From contig CAVNZM010000006.1 of the NCBI GenBank assembly GCA_963693365.1, positions 2,108,001 through 2,172,000 on the forward strand: 64,000 nucleotides of DNA. Direction: 5' to 3'. Positions 62,118 to 64,000 of this stretch are shown piece by piece. The stretch is from Amoebidium appalachense. Taxonomy: Eukaryota; Protista; Ichthyosporea. Below the pieces are notes generated by a model, which made no database searches, was not told the origin of the DNA, and saw only the letters and a program-made list of their open reading frames with translations. The position numbers and the translations under genes were made by a program. The stretch's first letter is position 1. Each line of letters begins with the position of its first letter.

Positions 62118-62846
62118 CCCGCCCGCCCCCTTGCTAAACAGTTCTGCTAATCATTACTAATTAGTAGGCAGGCTCAGTCGTTCAAATGGATTTCACGGGA
62201 GGCCGCTACCCATGCGAAAACGGAATAAGGCCCCAACAAAATGGTCAAACCAACTCCCCCACCTCCACCCACCCCACCCTGGGATGGAACACAACCACAC
62301 CCGCTCCGGCCGCATGCGCATGCATGCACGCGATGCCGACAACTCTCTTTGCAGCGACCGCGTCGGAGTTGTTCTCGACGGATATGACTCACCCATTCGA
62401 TCGCATCAAAGTCTCAAACCCGGCCGGTTCCATTTTTGCATTCCGATTCGCACCCCTCCCTTTCCAGGCCGGGGTGATAAGGAGGCCTTGACTGAGGTGG
62501 GACACTTTTTCTGGTGCTTTTTCTGTGTAAGAGGGTGTTTGGAGATGGTGTTGGAGTCAGTCTTCAACTTCAGTTTTTTGCAACGTCATGGTGAATATGT
62601 GCATTAGTCAGCCTCTATGAAGGCTACTGTATGGTTTTGGTGTTTTCTGGAAAAGCAGGATCTTAGCAGTTAGCCAAACGGTCCGCAGCACCAATTGTAG
62701 CATCGTCAGAGTGCGTGGAGAAGCTTGCAGACGACCACGAAAGTCATAGCAAACACGAAGGCACTCACTGGTTCGTAGCGCAGTTTTATGGCTGTTGAAT
62801 ATCACATCCACACGATTGCTCGTTCATATTACCATACATCTTCAAG

Positions 62847-63183
62847 ATGGAGGTGAGCTTGCAAGAGTACGTTCGTCTCACAGACGGAGATCCAGACTCG
62901 GCAGAAGAGATCGAACTGCATTCAATGAGTGAATCCGTTCCAGATCTTGAAATAAACCGACAACCATCTACGACGGTGCAAAATACGAAACCATGGCGAC
63001 CGCTATGTTCCCCTTTTGTTCCCAGACGCGTGTTGGTCGCGGGCCTCGTTCTCGTGCTAGTTGCTGCCAGCGTGGTTGGGTACATCGTCTTGAATGCAAG
63101 CAGAAATCACGCGGGATCTTTGGTTGAACCCGAGTCTACAGGTCCGTCTGCGAGCTTTATTGTTGTGGGAGACACTGGCACAG
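62847..63183 (+). CDS. First exon of a type II membrane-anchored metallophosphoesterase (purple acid phosphatase-like); continues beyond what was resolved
   Basis: aagATGG start, hydrophobic anchor VLVAGLVLVLVAASVVGYIVL, then FIVVGDTG (first metal-binding DxG motif), donor GTGAGC. Confidence 0.6.
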
Positions 63184-63367
63184 GTGAGCCCCGTTTCAAC
63201 TTCTTTGCGTGATCTGATTTGTTCGTTTGCACGCATCTTGACAGGCAAGGTTGCTCACAGGTACAGCTGTCGCTGTTTCACCCGTGTTAAAGCGGGGGAG
63301 CTGATATAGGGAGAAGGGGGAGGAAGAGGATGGGGGAGAGGGATGTGTGTTGGGGGGGAGCAGCGCG

Positions 63368-63420
<53 letters not shown>

Positions 63421-64000
63421 TGGGACGTGGTAGGGTCGTGGATCTGTGCATCAAGTTCCTTCTGCGAACTGCTTCATACATCTGGAATATGTATATTATG
63501 TGAGTGCCATCGGCACGTACAGGGGATAAGGGCAATGGATCCGGAAGGAGTGTTATGAGACTCCGAACCGTTTTTTCACTTTTTCCCCTTGTTTTTTCTC
63601 CTTTGTGTCTGTCTCATGCCTCTCTGGGTATGTGGGTGGGTGGTTAACAGGGTAAGGCGGGGCAGGGGGGGGGGGGGGGGGGGGGGGAAGGGGGGACAGG
63701 TCGGCCGGTTGGGGGTGGGGGGGGGGGGGGGAGGACTGGGGGTTCAAGTTGAAGGAGGCGGCCTGGGGCCCCGGGGGGGGGGGGGGGGGGGGGGGGAGGG
63801 GAAGTATTTTTTGGCGAGCAGTTCTGTTGCTGTGTCATGTGTTTGCCTTTATGGTGGTTGTAGGTGTCGACACTGTTGACATAATGGTTAACAGCCTGTT
63901 ACCTTTTGCAATTTGTAAGTAGGGTATAGGTGAGATTTTTGAGTATAAATAAGTGTGGAAGTTTGGAGGCTTAGGTTGTGGTGGTGGTGATATTAGGGCG

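Overview
Intron-rich eukaryotic DNA, probably an opisthokont and possibly a unicellular holozoan (inferred from protein similarity, not established). It is saturated with poly-C/poly-G runs and (CA)n/(GA)n microsatellites, so most ORF-track entries are low-complexity artefacts. Genes rebuilt by eye from splice sites: MAT1 (partial, -), cyclin B (+), SLC25A32-type mitochondrial folate/FAD carrier (-), RBBP5/Swd1 (+), Rab8/Sec4 (-), an intronless V-ATPase proteolipid c (+), a Tudor-Tudor-Tudor-PHD chromatin reader (-) and the first exon of a membrane-anchored purple acid phosphatase-like enzyme (+). The main unexplained signal is a multi-subfamily short retroelement (about 17 fragments). Its fixed 3' end always abuts a poly-C tract, its 5' end is variably truncated, one copy has a 16-bp TSD, and every copy inside an identified gene is sense to the host. 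It carries a covarying RNA structure containing the three hammerhead core strands (GU-U, CGAAAC, CUGANGA) in a non-canonical order. The C tracts it abuts also sit just downstream of many weak 5' splice sites.
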